Shown here one piece after another: positions 1 to 9,540 of a stretch of 20,159 bases of DNA. Source of the stretch: a bacterium (lineage in GTDB: Bacteria > Methylomirabilota > Methylomirabilia > CAVQYV01); the NCBI GenBank assembly GCA_043800755.1, contig JAZDMQ010000129.1, positions 1 through 20,159 of the forward strand, written 5' to 3'. The notes beneath the pieces are model-generated. The model was not told the DNA's origin. It searched no databases and saw nothing but the letters and a program-made list of their open reading frames with translations. Position numbers and translations under genes: made by a program. The stretch's first letter is position 1, and every line of letters starts with the position of its first letter.

Positions 1-27
1 GGGCACTTTGATGTTTAGGGATGAAGG

Positions 28-699
28 ATGCGTATCTTAATTGTGGAGGACGAGAAGAAGACCGCTGCCTACCTGAAGAAGGGACTCTCGGAGAGCGGCT
101 TCGTCGTCGATGTCGTCGAACAAGGCGAGGATGGGCTCCACCTCGCCCGCACCGGAGATTATGACCTTGTTATCCTCGACGTGATGCTCCCCAAGCAGGA
201 TGGATGGTCAGTCCTCAATGAGATGCGACGAAGTGGTAAGCAGACCCCGGTCCTCTTTGTGACGGCCCGTGACTCGATTCAGGACCGGGTCAAAGGACTG
301 GAGCTGGGGGCAGACGATTACCTAGTCAAGCCTTTTGCATTCTCAGAACTGCTGGCGCGGGTTCGTTCCATCCTTCGCCGCGGCCCGGCCCGACAGCCTG
401 AAATGCTGCGCATCGCGGACCTGGAGATCGACCTTTTGCGACACAGAGCGACACGCGACGGAAAGCGCCTCGATTTAACACCGAAGGAGTTTGCCCTCCT
501 CTCTCTGCTGGTACGGCGGGCGGGCGACGTTCTATCCCGGACTCTGATTGCAGAACAGGTATGGGACATGAATTTCGATAGCGATACCAACGTCGTGGAT
601 GTATCGGTTCGGCGACTGCGTAGCAAAGTCGACGACCCCTTTGCAAAGAAGTTGATTCATACTGTCCGCGGGATGGGATATGTCCTCGAAGAACGCTGA
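28..699 (+). CDS. cusR: Heavy-metal response regulator, OmpR/PhoB family (CusR/CopR/CzcR-like)
   Basis: 223 aa. Receiver domain ([16 protein letters not shown] phospho-Asp, [10 protein letters not shown]) plus winged-helix C-terminus with the heavy-metal subfamily signature [28 protein letters not shown]...[13 protein letters not shown]-like GAAGG upstream. The metal sensed cannot be assigned from sequence. Confidence 0.9.
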   Translation: MRILIVEDEKKTAAYLKKGLSESGFVVDVVEQGEDGLHLARTGDYDLVILDVMLPKQDGWSVLNEMRRSGKQTPVLFVTARDSIQDRVKGLELGADDYLVKPFAFSELLARVRSILRRGPARQPEMLRIADLEIDLLRHRATRDGKRLDLTPKEFALLSLLVRRAGDVLSRTLIAEQVWDMNFDSDTNVVDVSVRRLRSKVDDPFAKKLIHTVRGMGYVLEER

Positions 700-2140
700 G
701 AGTACAACAACGGATAAGTACAAGTGGTCCTTCCCTCGGTCCTTATCGATCACGGGAAGATTAACCTTCTTGTACACTTTGTCCGCTCTCGGGATACTCG
801 CCGTATCCGCTGTTTTTTTATATTGGGTGTTGGTTAGCAATTTGCGGAGGGAAGATAGTCAGTCCCTCGCCGAAGAGATTCAAGTGCTGCGCGGTATTTT
901 GCAGGACCGCTCCGACGAGCAAGAGGTTCTGGAGCAAGACTTGAAATGGGAGGAAGGTTCTTCCCGGTATTATAAATACTATATCAGGGTCTTGGATGAA
1001 CAGGGCCCTCCACTGATCGAGACGCCTGGTATGGACCGTATCATCGCCGCCCCACAGTTCCCAAAACCAATCGGGATTACAGAGATGCCGGAAACAGGAA
1101 CGAAATGGAGATCGGACGATGGCAGACCCTTTCTCCTGATGGCAGCATGGGCAGAACTTGGTCATTCCGGCGGAAATCACCGACTCCTCCAGGTGGCTCT
1201 AGACGTGTCACACGAAGATGCCCTGATCGCCGAGTATCGTCGAAAGTTGGTAGTCGTGCTCTTGTTAGGAACTCTGTTCTCCGCCGGAGTGGGTGTTGCC
1301 GTTGCCCGCAGAGGAATGAAGCCCCTGGAGGAGATTACCCGGGCAGTCCAGCGAATCAGTGTAACCCAGCTCCACGAACGGATCGCTCCGGCACAATGGC
1401 CAAGAGAATTGGCAACCCTGGCCATCGCCTTCGATGGCATGCTTAACCGCCTCGAGGACTCCTTTACCCGCCTCTCCCAGTTTTCTGCCGACTTGGCTCA
1501 TGAGTTGCGCACTCCCATCACAAACGTGATGGGCGAAGCAGAGGTGGCTCTCTCCAGAACCAGAACACCGGCCGAGTACCGGCAGGTCCTCGAATCGAGC
1601 CTTGAGGAATATGCGAGGCTATCGCATATAGTCGAGAGCTTGCTTTTCTTGGCTCGGGCCGAAAGCAGCAAGATGCGGATTGAACGATCACTGTTCAATG
1701 GCCTTAAAGAGATGGAGGCGGTTCGGGAATTCTTTGACGCTGTGGCTGAGGAGGAAGGGGTCGAGGTCATCTGCCAAGGAGAAGAGCAGCTATGCGCTGA
1801 TTCGATTCTCTTTCGGCAAGCGCTGAGCAATCTGCTTTCCAATGCTCTCCACCACACCCCGCGGAATGGAAAGATCCTGCTCTCCATCCAACAGACTGAG
1901 GATGGATGGGTGGAAGTTACTACAAGCGACAGCGGTTGCGGCATTGATCCAGAACACCTCCCAAGGCTTTTTGATCGTTTTTACCGTGTGGATCGTGCAC
2001 GTTCCCGGAAGACCTCGGGGACGGGGTTGGGCCTGGCGATCGTCAGGTCCATCATGGAGCTTCACGGTGGCGCGGTCGCAATCCAGAGCAAGCCCGCCAA
2101 AGGCACTACGGTAATCCTGAGATTTCCCCCACCAGCATGA
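680..2140 (+). CDS. cusS: Heavy-metal sensor histidine kinase (CusS/CzcS-like)
   Basis: Two TM helices flanking a periplasmic domain, HAMP ([19 protein letters not shown]), H-box [13 protein letters not shown]-box [33 protein letters not shown]. Overlaps the regulator by 20 nt. Confidence 0.9.
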   Translation: MSSKNAESTTTDKYKWSFPRSLSITGRLTFLYTLSALGILAVSAVFLYWVLVSNLRREDSQSLAEEIQVLRGILQDRSDEQEVLEQDLKWEEGSSRYYKYYIRVLDEQGPPLIETPGMDRIIAAPQFPKPIGITEMPETGTKWRSDDGRPFLLMAAWAELGHSGGNHRLLQVALDVSHEDALIAEYRRKLVVVLLLGTLFSAGVGVAVARRGMKPLEEITRAVQRISVTQLHERIAPAQWPRELATLAIAFDGMLNRLEDSFTRLSQFSADLAHELRTPITNVMGEAEVALSRTRTPAEYRQVLESSLEEYARLSHIVESLLFLARAESSKMRIERSLFNGLKEMEAVREFFDAVAEEEGVEVICQGEEQLCADSILFRQALSNLLSNALHHTPRNGKILLSIQQTEDGWVEVTTSDSGCGIDPEHLPRLFDRFYRVDRARSRKTSGTGLGLAIVRSIMELHGGAVAIQSKPAKGTTVILRFPPPA

Positions 2141-2154
2141 GTTTCACCTCCAAC

Positions 2155-2211
2155 GAAATGAGCAGATTTCAGTCCTTCTGTCAGGTTCCTGTCCGGGTTC
2201 AATCGTTATAT
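2155..2211 (+). promoter_or_regulatory. Degenerate copy 1 of a CusR/CopR-type promoter cassette
   Basis: Aligns without gaps to 2577-2632 at 39/56 positions (counted by hand). Contains CTGTCAGGTTCCTGTC and ends in GTTATATT (-10-like), but the palindromic box part is degraded. Confidence 0.5.
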
Positions 2212-2576
2212 TGCCTTGCGCTGTGTGGGTTTTATGACCGATGAGCTCGTTCATTAGATGCCCCTCCATAGAATAACATTGGCCTTCGTCCTTGTCGGTT
2301 CCCTTTCATCCGGATTATGGGTCCTTATGCTTGATCGCCTCCGGTAAAGACAAACTGTGCCTTGAGCGTCTTTTCTCTCTGTTGCCTTCTGCTTTCCTCC
2401 ATCAGGGAATGGAACCAGCCAAGGTCGCACGTTTCACCTTTAGGGAGGGAAAACTACTGCGTCAAATACCGTCCGTCGACACCACGTCCACAGGCCCTGA
2501 GAGGACGACAGTAAAAAACCCGCCAGGGAAACTGCTATAACCCCAAGGTTTCTGCCGCCTGTCCAAGTCTCACCTC

Positions 2577-2634
2577 AAGATGACCAAACTGTAATCTTCC
2601 CGTCAGGTTTCTGTTCAGTTTGAACCGTTATATC
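2577..2634 (+). promoter_or_regulatory. CusR/CopR-box-like operator with downstream 11-bp-phased half-sites and -10-like element (copy 2)
   Basis: AAGATGACCAAACTGTAATCTT (2577-2598) is a near-palindrome resembling the E. coli CusR box (AAAATGACAANNTTGTCATTTT). Phased repeats CTGTAATCTTC/CCGTCAGGTTT/CTGTTCAGTTT follow, then GTTATATC. Confidence 0.65.
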
Positions 2635-2823
2635 TTGCAACCGGCCGAGCCTGCTCCGCGATCGAGGGCTCCCTCTTAGTGAAGATCAGGCCTTCAGACG
2701 CACTTTCCCTGGGGCGGTGAGAAGCATTCTTTTAGCTCAATATTCATTCGGCGCGAATAATGGCACATCCTCTTCAAGCTCAATGCCCCTTTGTGGGGCC
2801 AAACCTGCTCGCAGCTGATGCCC

Positions 2824-3014
2824 TTTGTCACCTATCACATTCATGAGATTTCACCAGAGGTGTTGCGTGTCGATTCTTGAAAGGTGGTGAGGTGATAGCG
2901 GTGGGGAGAAAACGGAGATCCTTACCAGCGAAAGCCTCAGCAGCCTCTTCGACACCCCAATCGAATTCGTGCATGTCAACGGCTACTTTTCAGGCAATAC
3001 CAGGCAAGGCGTAA
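2824..3014 (+). pseudogene. C-terminal remnant of an ABC transporter ATP-binding protein (ModF/YlmA-like), about 3 frameshifts
   Basis: Joining frames gives FVTYHIHEISPEVLRV-/LKGGEVIA-/GEKTEILTSESLSSLFDTPIEFVHVNGYF/QAIPGKA*. This matches the H-loop and following strands of ABC ATPases (VTHH...RVxxLKxGxxxAxG...LTSExLSxLF). No Walker A/B is seen upstream. Confidence 0.7.
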
Positions 3015-3089
3015 GTCGCGTGAAACGGAAGCAGTGCACCACACAGGTGCCTCATCCACTGGCGTAAAGATAAGAATACTTATTTCGTT

Positions 3090-3809
3090 ATGCAAGACAC
3101 GAAGTCCGCTTTATCAAAATGGTCCAGGAAGCTGTTAAAACGTTCCAAGAACCTTGGCTATCTTGTCTTCTACCACTATGGAAAGCAGCGTTGGTGTCCG
3201 GTCTGCGGTAAGTCAGCGCGCGGATTCAGCAAGTTTGGAAGATCTCTCCGTGAAGATGCCAGGTGCGTCCACTGTGGCGCATTGGAAAGACACCGCTTTG
3301 TCTGGCTCTATTTCGGTAAGCAGACAGATCTCTTCGATGACGGAGCAAAAAGAGTGTTACATGTGGCCCCGGAGGAATGTTTTGAAAGGCGAATGAAGAA
3401 ACGTCTGGGGGCTGGCTATCTGACCGCTGATCTGCACAATCCCCGTGTCATGGTGAACTTGGATGTTACCGCTATCCCATGCCCCAATGAGTCATTCGAT
3501 GTCATTTACTGTAGCCACGTCTTGGAACATGTCCGGGACGACAAGAAGGCTTTGAGGGAGTTTTATCGGGTGCTAAAGGAAGATGGCTGGGCTGCGTTGC
3601 TCGTTCCTATAACTGCACAGAGGACTCGTAGGGTTTTTGGTCAGAAAAGACATGTGTGGGAATATGGTCCTGATTTTGTTGATAGACTCCGTGAAACAGG
3701 ATTTAAGGTCGCGATTACCCGGGTTTCCGACTTGTTTGGAAAGGATGAGGCACTCCTTATGGGACTCAATTCCGCGAGCGGAGAGATTTACCGTTGCACA
3801 AGAGCATAG
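3090..3809 (+). CDS. Class I SAM-dependent methyltransferase with N-terminal CxxC...CxxC zinc ribbon
   Basis: CPVCG...CVHCGALERHR, VLHVAPE, YLTADL, DVTAIPCPNESFDVIYCSHVLEHVRDDKKALREFYRVLKEDG (Methyltransf_11-like), FGQxxHVxxYGxD motif. More AT-rich than the core genes. Confidence 0.85.
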   Translation: MQDTKSALSKWSRKLLKRSKNLGYLVFYHYGKQRWCPVCGKSARGFSKFGRSLREDARCVHCGALERHRFVWLYFGKQTDLFDDGAKRVLHVAPEECFERRMKKRLGAGYLTADLHNPRVMVNLDVTAIPCPNESFDVIYCSHVLEHVRDDKKALREFYRVLKEDGWAALLVPITAQRTRRVFGQKRHVWEYGPDFVDRLRETGFKVAITRVSDLFGKDEALLMGLNSASGEIYRCTRA

Positions 3810-4288
3810 GAGTTTGATTTCGGGGGGTCTCGGAGCTACCCTCAAGAGCCGTGCAAGAATGCGAAAGGCGGTATCCCCTCCCAAGACCCGTAAACGGTCT
3901 CTTCCCTGGACAGTACCTTTACTTCTTTCAGTGTTTGTGAATTCCAAAAGCCAAGCTCGTTTGCCAGGGCCGTTCTTCCGCCACGAAACAGAGATGTAAA
4001 ATCCTCCAGGCGATACTTCACCAATCAGCCACTATCTGCTTTTCTCACAACTTAGCAAATCTCCCGTTGGATCTTAGGATCAAGTAATCTTCGGAAAAAG
4101 ACGCAGAGCTCCTCTTTTGGTCCTTTTCTATTTACCTCGGACAACCCCATAAAGGAAGTCCTCGGACATCTCTGTAGGGATGATAGAGGACATAGCAACC
4201 TCCCGTGTTCGTATCTCTTGGGTATTAAGTGCAAACAATTCCTAAAATTGTGCATTCTTGGTTTCTGAAGGGCGGAAAAAGGGATAGG

Positions 4289-4664
4289 ATGTCATGGAGA
4301 AAGAAGGCAAAAGAACTGAAAGGTGAAGTTTACGCTCTGTACCTGGCCTACCAGGACCCCAGGACCCTGGTACGCCAAGGCCTTTGCCGCGTTGGTCTTG
4401 GGCTACGCCTTGAGTCCCATCGATTTGATTCCGGATTTCATTCCCGTTCTGGGCTACCTGGACGATCTCGTCATTGTGCCGGCTGGAATTGCCCTCCTTT
4501 TGAAGATGATACTTCGGGAAGTTTTAGAGGACTGTCGGGAAAAGGCACCTAACGCTCCCCGAGAGAAGCTACGGAACTGGACCGCCGGGGCGATTATCAT
4601 TCTTATTTGGATCGTAGCGATCGCCATCACGCCGAAGGTCGTCTGGAGAATCCTCGCCAGATAA
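4289..4664 (+). pseudogene. YkvA/DUF1232 family membrane protein, frameshifted near 4364-4367
   Basis: MSWRKKAKELKGEVYALYLAYQDPRT (ATG 4289) continues in another frame as PWYAKAFAALVLGYALSPIDLIPDFIPVLGYLDD, the family signature. The family's DPRTPWYAK motif is split at AGG A CCC TGG. Confidence 0.85.
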
Positions 4665-4704
4665 ACCGTGAAGGAAAACCGAGGGGCGAAAAGACCGCTG
4701 GTCC

Positions 4705-5697
4705 TCAGGACAGAAAGGGGGAGACGAGGAGGTAGGTCAGGGAGGACATCAGGGCGGAGAGGGGGATGGTGAGGATCCAGGCCCAAACGATCCGTCGGGC
4801 GACCCCCCAGCGCACCGCCGACAGGCGGGTGGTGGATCCTACCCCCATGATGGCGCCAGCGATGGTGTGGGTGGTGCTCACCGGGATGCCTCCCATTGCG
4901 GCCCCAATGATGGAGATGGCGGCAGCCGTCTCGGCGCAAAATCCTCCGATCGGCTTCAGCTTGGTGATGCTCATCCCCATTGTCTTCACGATCCGCCACC
5001 CCCCGGCCAAGGTCCCGAGGGCGATGGCCGCATGGGCGGAGAGAATCACCCAGACGGGGACATGGAAGTGCTCGCCCAAATAACCCGAGGTGTAGAGCAG
5101 GGTCGCGATGATCCCCATCGTCTTCTGTGCGTCGTTGGTTCCGTGGCCCAGGCTATAGAGGCCGGCAGAGACGAGCTGGAGACGGCGGAAATGGCGATTG
5201 ACCCGGGAGGGCGAGGCATTCCAGAAGAGATGGATCATGAGCACCATGAGGGAAGAGCCCAAGGCCCAACCGATGAGCGGAGAAAGGACGATGAAGAGAC
5301 AGATCTTCCCCATCCCTTGCAGAATCAAAACCCCAAAACCCGCCTTGGTCACTGCCGCCCCGGCAAATCCTCCGATCAGCGCATGAGAGGATGAGGTGGG
5401 CAGGCCCAGATACCAGGTGATGAGATTCCAGGCGATCGCCCCCATCAAGGCCCCCAAGATCACCCCCTGACTGATCCCCTCCGGGCGAATGACCCCTTTC
5501 CCGATGGTGCTTGCCACGCCGACTCCGAAGGTGAAGGCCGCCACGAAATTGAAAAAGGCCGCCCAGCAGACCGCCTGGAGGGGGGTGAGGACCCGGGTGG
5601 AGACGATGGTAGCGATGGAATTGGCGGCATCGTGGAAGCCATTCAGGAAGTCGAAGACCAGGGCGAGGCATATGATGAGGATGACCACGGTCAGCAT
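4705..5697 (-). CDS. pit: Inorganic phosphate transporter, PiT family
   Basis: 330 aa, hydrophobic. Signature motifs NGFHDAANSIAT, GLPTSSSHALIGG, HGTNDAQKTMGII, GIPVSTTH. Confidence 0.95.
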   Translation of the reverse strand: MLTVVILIICLALVFDFLNGFHDAANSIATIVSTRVLTPLQAVCWAAFFNFVAAFTFGVGVASTIGKGVIRPEGISQGVILGALMGAIAWNLITWYLGLPTSSSHALIGGFAGAAVTKAGFGVLILQGMGKICLFIVLSPLIGWALGSSLMVLMIHLFWNASPSRVNRHFRRLQLVSAGLYSLGHGTNDAQKTMGIIATLLYTSGYLGEHFHVPVWVILSAHAAIALGTLAGGWRIVKTMGMSITKLKPIGGFCAETAAAISIIGAAMGGIPVSTTHTIAGAIMGVGSTTRLSAVRWGVARRIVWAWILTIPLSALMSSLTYLLVSPFLS

Positions 5698-5703
5698 AGG
5701 GCA

Positions 5704-6318
5704 TCAACCATGTTTTAACACCACCGCCTCGATGATATTGGCCGCGTCTTCGCACTTGTCGGTGGCTGACTCCAGGGTCTCGTAGATCTCCTTCCATTTG
5801 ATCACGTCATAGGGGCTGTAATTCCCCTGGAAGAGGCCGGCAATGGCATCCCGGGTGATGCGGTCCGCGCTGTTCTCCAGCCGATTGATCTCCACGCAGT
5901 GCTCATAGACATGATCCAGGCCACGCAGCAGCACGATCGCCCTTTCGATCTCTTTGGCCGAGTCATAGATGATGTTGCTCAGCTCTTTGGCCTCGAGGGT
6001 CGGGCTTTCGATCTTATACAACACCATCCGGTCCGCCGCGGCCTCGATCAGATCCAGGACATCGTCCAGGGCGCTGGTAAGCGAATAGATGTCCTCGCGG
6101 TCGATGGGGGTGATGAAGGTCTGGTTCAGCTTTTTGAATATCTGGTGGGTGATCTTATCTCCCTCGTGCTCCAGATCTTGAAGCCTGCTCGCGCTCGCCT
6201 CCGGGTTTTGATAGGTTTCCATCATGATCTTCAGGGTCTCGGCCCCCAAGAGGATATTCTGGGCCGCCTGCTCGAAGAAGTCAAAGAACTTCTCCTCCCT
6301 TGGAATGATCCTCACCAT
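5704..6318 (-). CDS. DUF47 / PhoU-like phosphate transport regulator
   Basis: LEHEGDKITHQIFKKLNQTFITPIDREDIYSL...DDVLD, EINRLENSAD, IKWKEIYETLESATDKCED. Lies directly upstream of pit, the usual pairing. RBS AGGAG upstream. Confidence 0.92.
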   Translation of the reverse strand: MVRIIPREEKFFDFFEQAAQNILLGAETLKIMMETYQNPEASASRLQDLEHEGDKITHQIFKKLNQTFITPIDREDIYSLTSALDDVLDLIEAAADRMVLYKIESPTLEAKELSNIIYDSAKEIERAIVLLRGLDHVYEHCVEINRLENSADRITRDAIAGLFQGNYSPYDVIKWKEIYETLESATDKCEDAANIIEAVVLKHG

Positions 6319-6965
6319 AGTCGTTCTCCTTTCCTATCCCCTCTCTCCCTGGTCGCCCCGTTCCTCCGCCAATGTGCCCAGACAAACCAAAGGATCCCAA
6401 TAATGATGACCGCCCCGATCAGGAAATCTAACTTGTGAAAGATGGCCTGGACCTCCTTCCACCGCTCGCCCAGCTCAAAGCCGATCCAGGCAAGAAAGAA
6501 ACACCAGGGCAGGGAGCCCGCAAAGGAATAAAAGAGGAATTTCCAGAAGTCCATCCTGGCAATGCCTGCCGGCAGAGAGATGAAGGTCCTGATCACTGGA
6601 AGCAGGCGGGCCACGAAGGTGGCCATGTCCCCGTGTTTGGCAAAGAACCGATCCGCCCTCTCCAGGTCCTTTTGGCTGATCAGGATATATCTTCCATATT
6701 TCATCACCAGGGGCCTTCCCCCCCAGGCCCCTACCCCGTAGGCAAGGACCGAGCCCACGCTGCATCCCAGCGCCCCGGCCAGGGAAACCCACCAGAGGCT
6801 GAATCGCCCCTGAGAGGCGAGATAGCCAGAAAAGGGCATAATGACCTCACTGGGAAGGGGTATGCAGGCGCTTTCAATGGCCATGGCCAAAATGATCCCC
6901 AGATATCCCATGGCGGAGATGAGGGAGATGATCAAGCCGGAGAGGAAGCTCAGGATGCTATACAC
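6312..6965 (-). CDS. DedA family membrane protein
   Basis: MAIESACIPLPSEVIMPFSGYL, YGVGAWGGRP, ARLLPVIRTFISLPAGIARM motifs. Overlaps both neighbours by 7-8 nt. Confidence 0.93.
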   Translation of the reverse strand: MYSILSFLSGLIISLISAMGYLGIILAMAIESACIPLPSEVIMPFSGYLASQGRFSLWWVSLAGALGCSVGSVLAYGVGAWGGRPLVMKYGRYILISQKDLERADRFFAKHGDMATFVARLLPVIRTFISLPAGIARMDFWKFLFYSFAGSLPWCFFLAWIGFELGERWKEVQAIFHKLDFLIGAVIIIGILWFVWAHWRRNGATRERGDRKGERLW

Positions 6966-9540
6966 CGGACTTCCCCTTGCGGGATGAGGGCTTTCCCCAA
7001 AGGATCAGCACCGCTGGCAGCAGCACCAGGGAGGCAATCGTGCAGGCTCCCACCCCCAGGATACAAGCCACCCCCATGCTGATCAGGCCCGGATAGTCGG
7101 AGTAGGTGATGGTGCCGAACCCGAAAGTGGTGGTCAGGGCCGCCATCAGCACAGCCTTCCCCGTCTGGCTCACGGCTAATGCTGCATCGTACCTCCCCTC
7201 CTCATGAAAACGATGGAGCATATGCACTCCATAATCCACACCGATGCCGATGATCATGATCACTGCAAAGATGTTCATCAGGTTGAGCTTCATGCCGAAA
7301 AGGTCCATCAGCCCAAACATCCAGAGGATCCCGAAACCCAGAGGGAGCAAGGACAGCAGGACGGCCCGAATGCTCCGGAAGTCAAGATAGAGCAGGAGGA
7401 GAACGCCTAAAAGGGCAATGAGGGTGGCCAGTTTCGCATCGTGATAGACCCTAGCCTTCAATTCCCGGGAAAGGATACTCACCCCCGCGAATTTAACCGA
7501 GCCGACGCTGGACAGATCCTGCAGTAACTTCTCAGGGGGGCCGGCCCTCCAGGCCTCCCGGTCCTGGTAGACATAGGTAGCGATCCGCACCCCCCTCTGG
7601 TCCACCTTTAGGTAGCGAGTCAGGATGCGTCCCAAAGAGGATTTATTGACCTCTTCCCAGGTAATCGTTTGCGAGGGGGACAAGAACTTCTGGAATCTCT
7701 TCAAGTAGTCATCATAGGCGGAAGGTCTGAAGCCGCTCTGCTGCAAGGCGGCCCGGAAAGTGTGGACGATGCGCCCTCCACTCAGCTCATAGGCCTGCTT
7801 GGAGTCGATGTAGGCAAGCCTCTTCTGTTGAGAGACCTGGGAGGGAAGGACGGTCTCCAGGGAGTCAAACCCGGTAATGCCTTCCTTCTGCCCCCAGGAT
7901 CGGAGGCGGGAGGCAATCTCCTCGTTGACCATCAGGGCTTCCTCCACCGTTTTGCGTTCCACCACCACCACGAAGTGATGATAGGAGAGGCCTAATTTCT
8001 CCGCGATCCTCTCCTGGAGCAGGAGGGCCTCGTTATGTTTGGGCCGGATATTGCTGATGTCTTCGTCGAAGCCCAGGGAGGTCGCGAAAAGGCCAAGAAA
8101 GAGGCTGACCAGTAGGGAGACTATGACGATCCCCCGGGGAAAGCGAATGAGGGTGGGAAGGAGCCTCTCCAATCCAAAAGATCTCATGCGCGGAGCCAAA
8201 TCCTTCCGCCTGCGGTTTTCGTCCCAGGCACATAAGGCGGGCAGCAAGATATAGGTGGCCAGGAGACAGAAAAGGATTCCGGTTCCGGTGAGAAGGCCCA
8301 ATTCGGCGAGGCCGCGGAATTTGGTGACCATCATGGCAAAAAAGGCGACCGCGGTGGTGACTGCCCCGGTAAAGACGGGTTGTCCGGTCTCGGCCAGCAT
8401 CAGCTCGGCAGAGGAAGGGGCATCTCTGCCAGCTACTCGCTCCTCGAGGTAACGGTTATACATGACGATGGTGAAGTCGATCGCCAGGCCCATGAGGAGC
8501 GCTGAAAACCCGCTGGTAGCGAAATTGAGCTCTCCCACCGTGAGGGCGGCGAAGGCGGTGGTCCAGGAAATACCCACCACCAGAGGCAGACCGGCGAAGA
8601 AAAGGGATTTGAGGGTCCTGAAAGCCAATAGGAACAAGATGAGGACCCCGATGAAGGTGGTGAGGAAATTCCGCATGATATCCTTCTGGATGGTCTGAGA
8701 GTCGTTGAGGGCGATCAAGTATCCCCCCCCATAGCTCACCTTCATCTGCTCCAGGGAGGAGCCTTTTGCCTCCTCCACCTCCCGGCGCGCTTTCTGCTCG
8801 GCGGCATTGGCCATCTGCATCAGGTCTTTGCAGAAGAGGATATCCTGGGCTGGCTTCGTAGGCCGGACGATCATCAGGAGCATGGAGCGGTCTTCTGAGA
8901 GGTAGTAGCCGTCAAAGGGATAGAGTCGCAGGTTGCCGCCGCGTTTCAGCAGCCGATCCTTCACCAGGGGAAGGATGTTGAAAGGATCCTTTTCGATCAA
9001 ACCCTTCATGGGGAGGGCGGTGGGGGTGAGCATCAGAGCCTTGATGCGTTGCACCTGCTCCCGAATCCGTCGATCGCTGAGCCGTTCGGCCAGGGCATCG
9101 ACCTCCTGGGCCGAGAGATAGAGCAGGCCGCTCTCCACCAGCGGCCTGATGTTCTCCATCTCCTCCCAGATCTTGTACTCTACATAATCGATGAGGGGGG
9201 AGCAGCGAAACTCCCTGGCGAACACATCGACGAAGTCCTCGAACTCATCGGCGGGGCCCCCCTTCTTGGACTCAATGGCCACCAAGAGGTAGTCCATACT
9301 CCCGTAGTCTCGCAGGACCTCCCGAAAGGTATTCACCTTCTCATTGTCCTGGGGAAGGAGCTCAAAGATGTCGGTCTTGATCTGGAGGCGACTGGAGATG
9401 AGCAAGGAGAGCAAGAAGGAGAGGAGGATGAGGACCAGGACCAGCCGATAATGGCTATAGGAGAAATGGGCCAGGGAGCGCAGAGTTGCCCTGCGCTTCC
9501 CTAAGTCCTTGGGGCCATTGTTCTTGGAATCGCTCTTCAT
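6958..9540 (-). CDS. MMPL/RND-superfamily lipid exporter (HpnN/YdfJ-like)
   Basis: 860 aa with a 1+5 TM duplicated architecture and two large extracytoplasmic loops. Motifs LLMGLAIDFTIVMYNRYLEE and IIGIGVDYGVHMLHRFHEE, GAVTTAVAF and AALTTTFGF. Confidence 0.9.
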   Translation of the reverse strand: MKSDSKNNGPKDLGKRRATLRSLAHFSYSHYRLVLVLILLSFLLSLLISSRLQIKTDIFELLPQDNEKVNTFREVLRDYGSMDYLLVAIESKKGGPADEFEDFVDVFAREFRCSPLIDYVEYKIWEEMENIRPLVESGLLYLSAQEVDALAERLSDRRIREQVQRIKALMLTPTALPMKGLIEKDPFNILPLVKDRLLKRGGNLRLYPFDGYYLSEDRSMLLMIVRPTKPAQDILFCKDLMQMANAAEQKARREVEEAKGSSLEQMKVSYGGGYLIALNDSQTIQKDIMRNFLTTFIGVLILFLLAFRTLKSLFFAGLPLVVGISWTTAFAALTVGELNFATSGFSALLMGLAIDFTIVMYNRYLEERVAGRDAPSSAELMLAETGQPVFTGAVTTAVAFFAMMVTKFRGLAELGLLTGTGILFCLLATYILLPALCAWDENRRRKDLAPRMRSFGLERLLPTLIRFPRGIVIVSLLVSLFLGLFATSLGFDEDISNIRPKHNEALLLQERIAEKLGLSYHHFVVVVERKTVEEALMVNEEIASRLRSWGQKEGITGFDSLETVLPSQVSQQKRLAYIDSKQAYELSGGRIVHTFRAALQQSGFRPSAYDDYLKRFQKFLSPSQTITWEEVNKSSLGRILTRYLKVDQRGVRIATYVYQDREAWRAGPPEKLLQDLSSVGSVKFAGVSILSRELKARVYHDAKLATLIALLGVLLLLYLDFRSIRAVLLSLLPLGFGILWMFGLMDLFGMKLNLMNIFAVIMIIGIGVDYGVHMLHRFHEEGRYDAALAVSQTGKAVLMAALTTTFGFGTITYSDYPGLISMGVACILGVGACTIASLVLLPAVLILWGKPSSRKGKSGV

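Noticed and set aside
2292-2540. 82-aa ORF after cusS
   Set aside because: TTG start with no RBS and no recognisable domain.
2587-2625. Pho box reading of the 11-bp-phased CTGT repeats
   Set aside because: Far from and not oriented toward the phosphate genes. The palindromic box and adjacent cusRS fit a CusR/CopR-type site better.
3810-4288. Short ORFs (3842-4024 and 4052-4255 on the minus strand)
   Set aside because: No recognisable family. They may be decayed gene remnants, but I cannot support a call.
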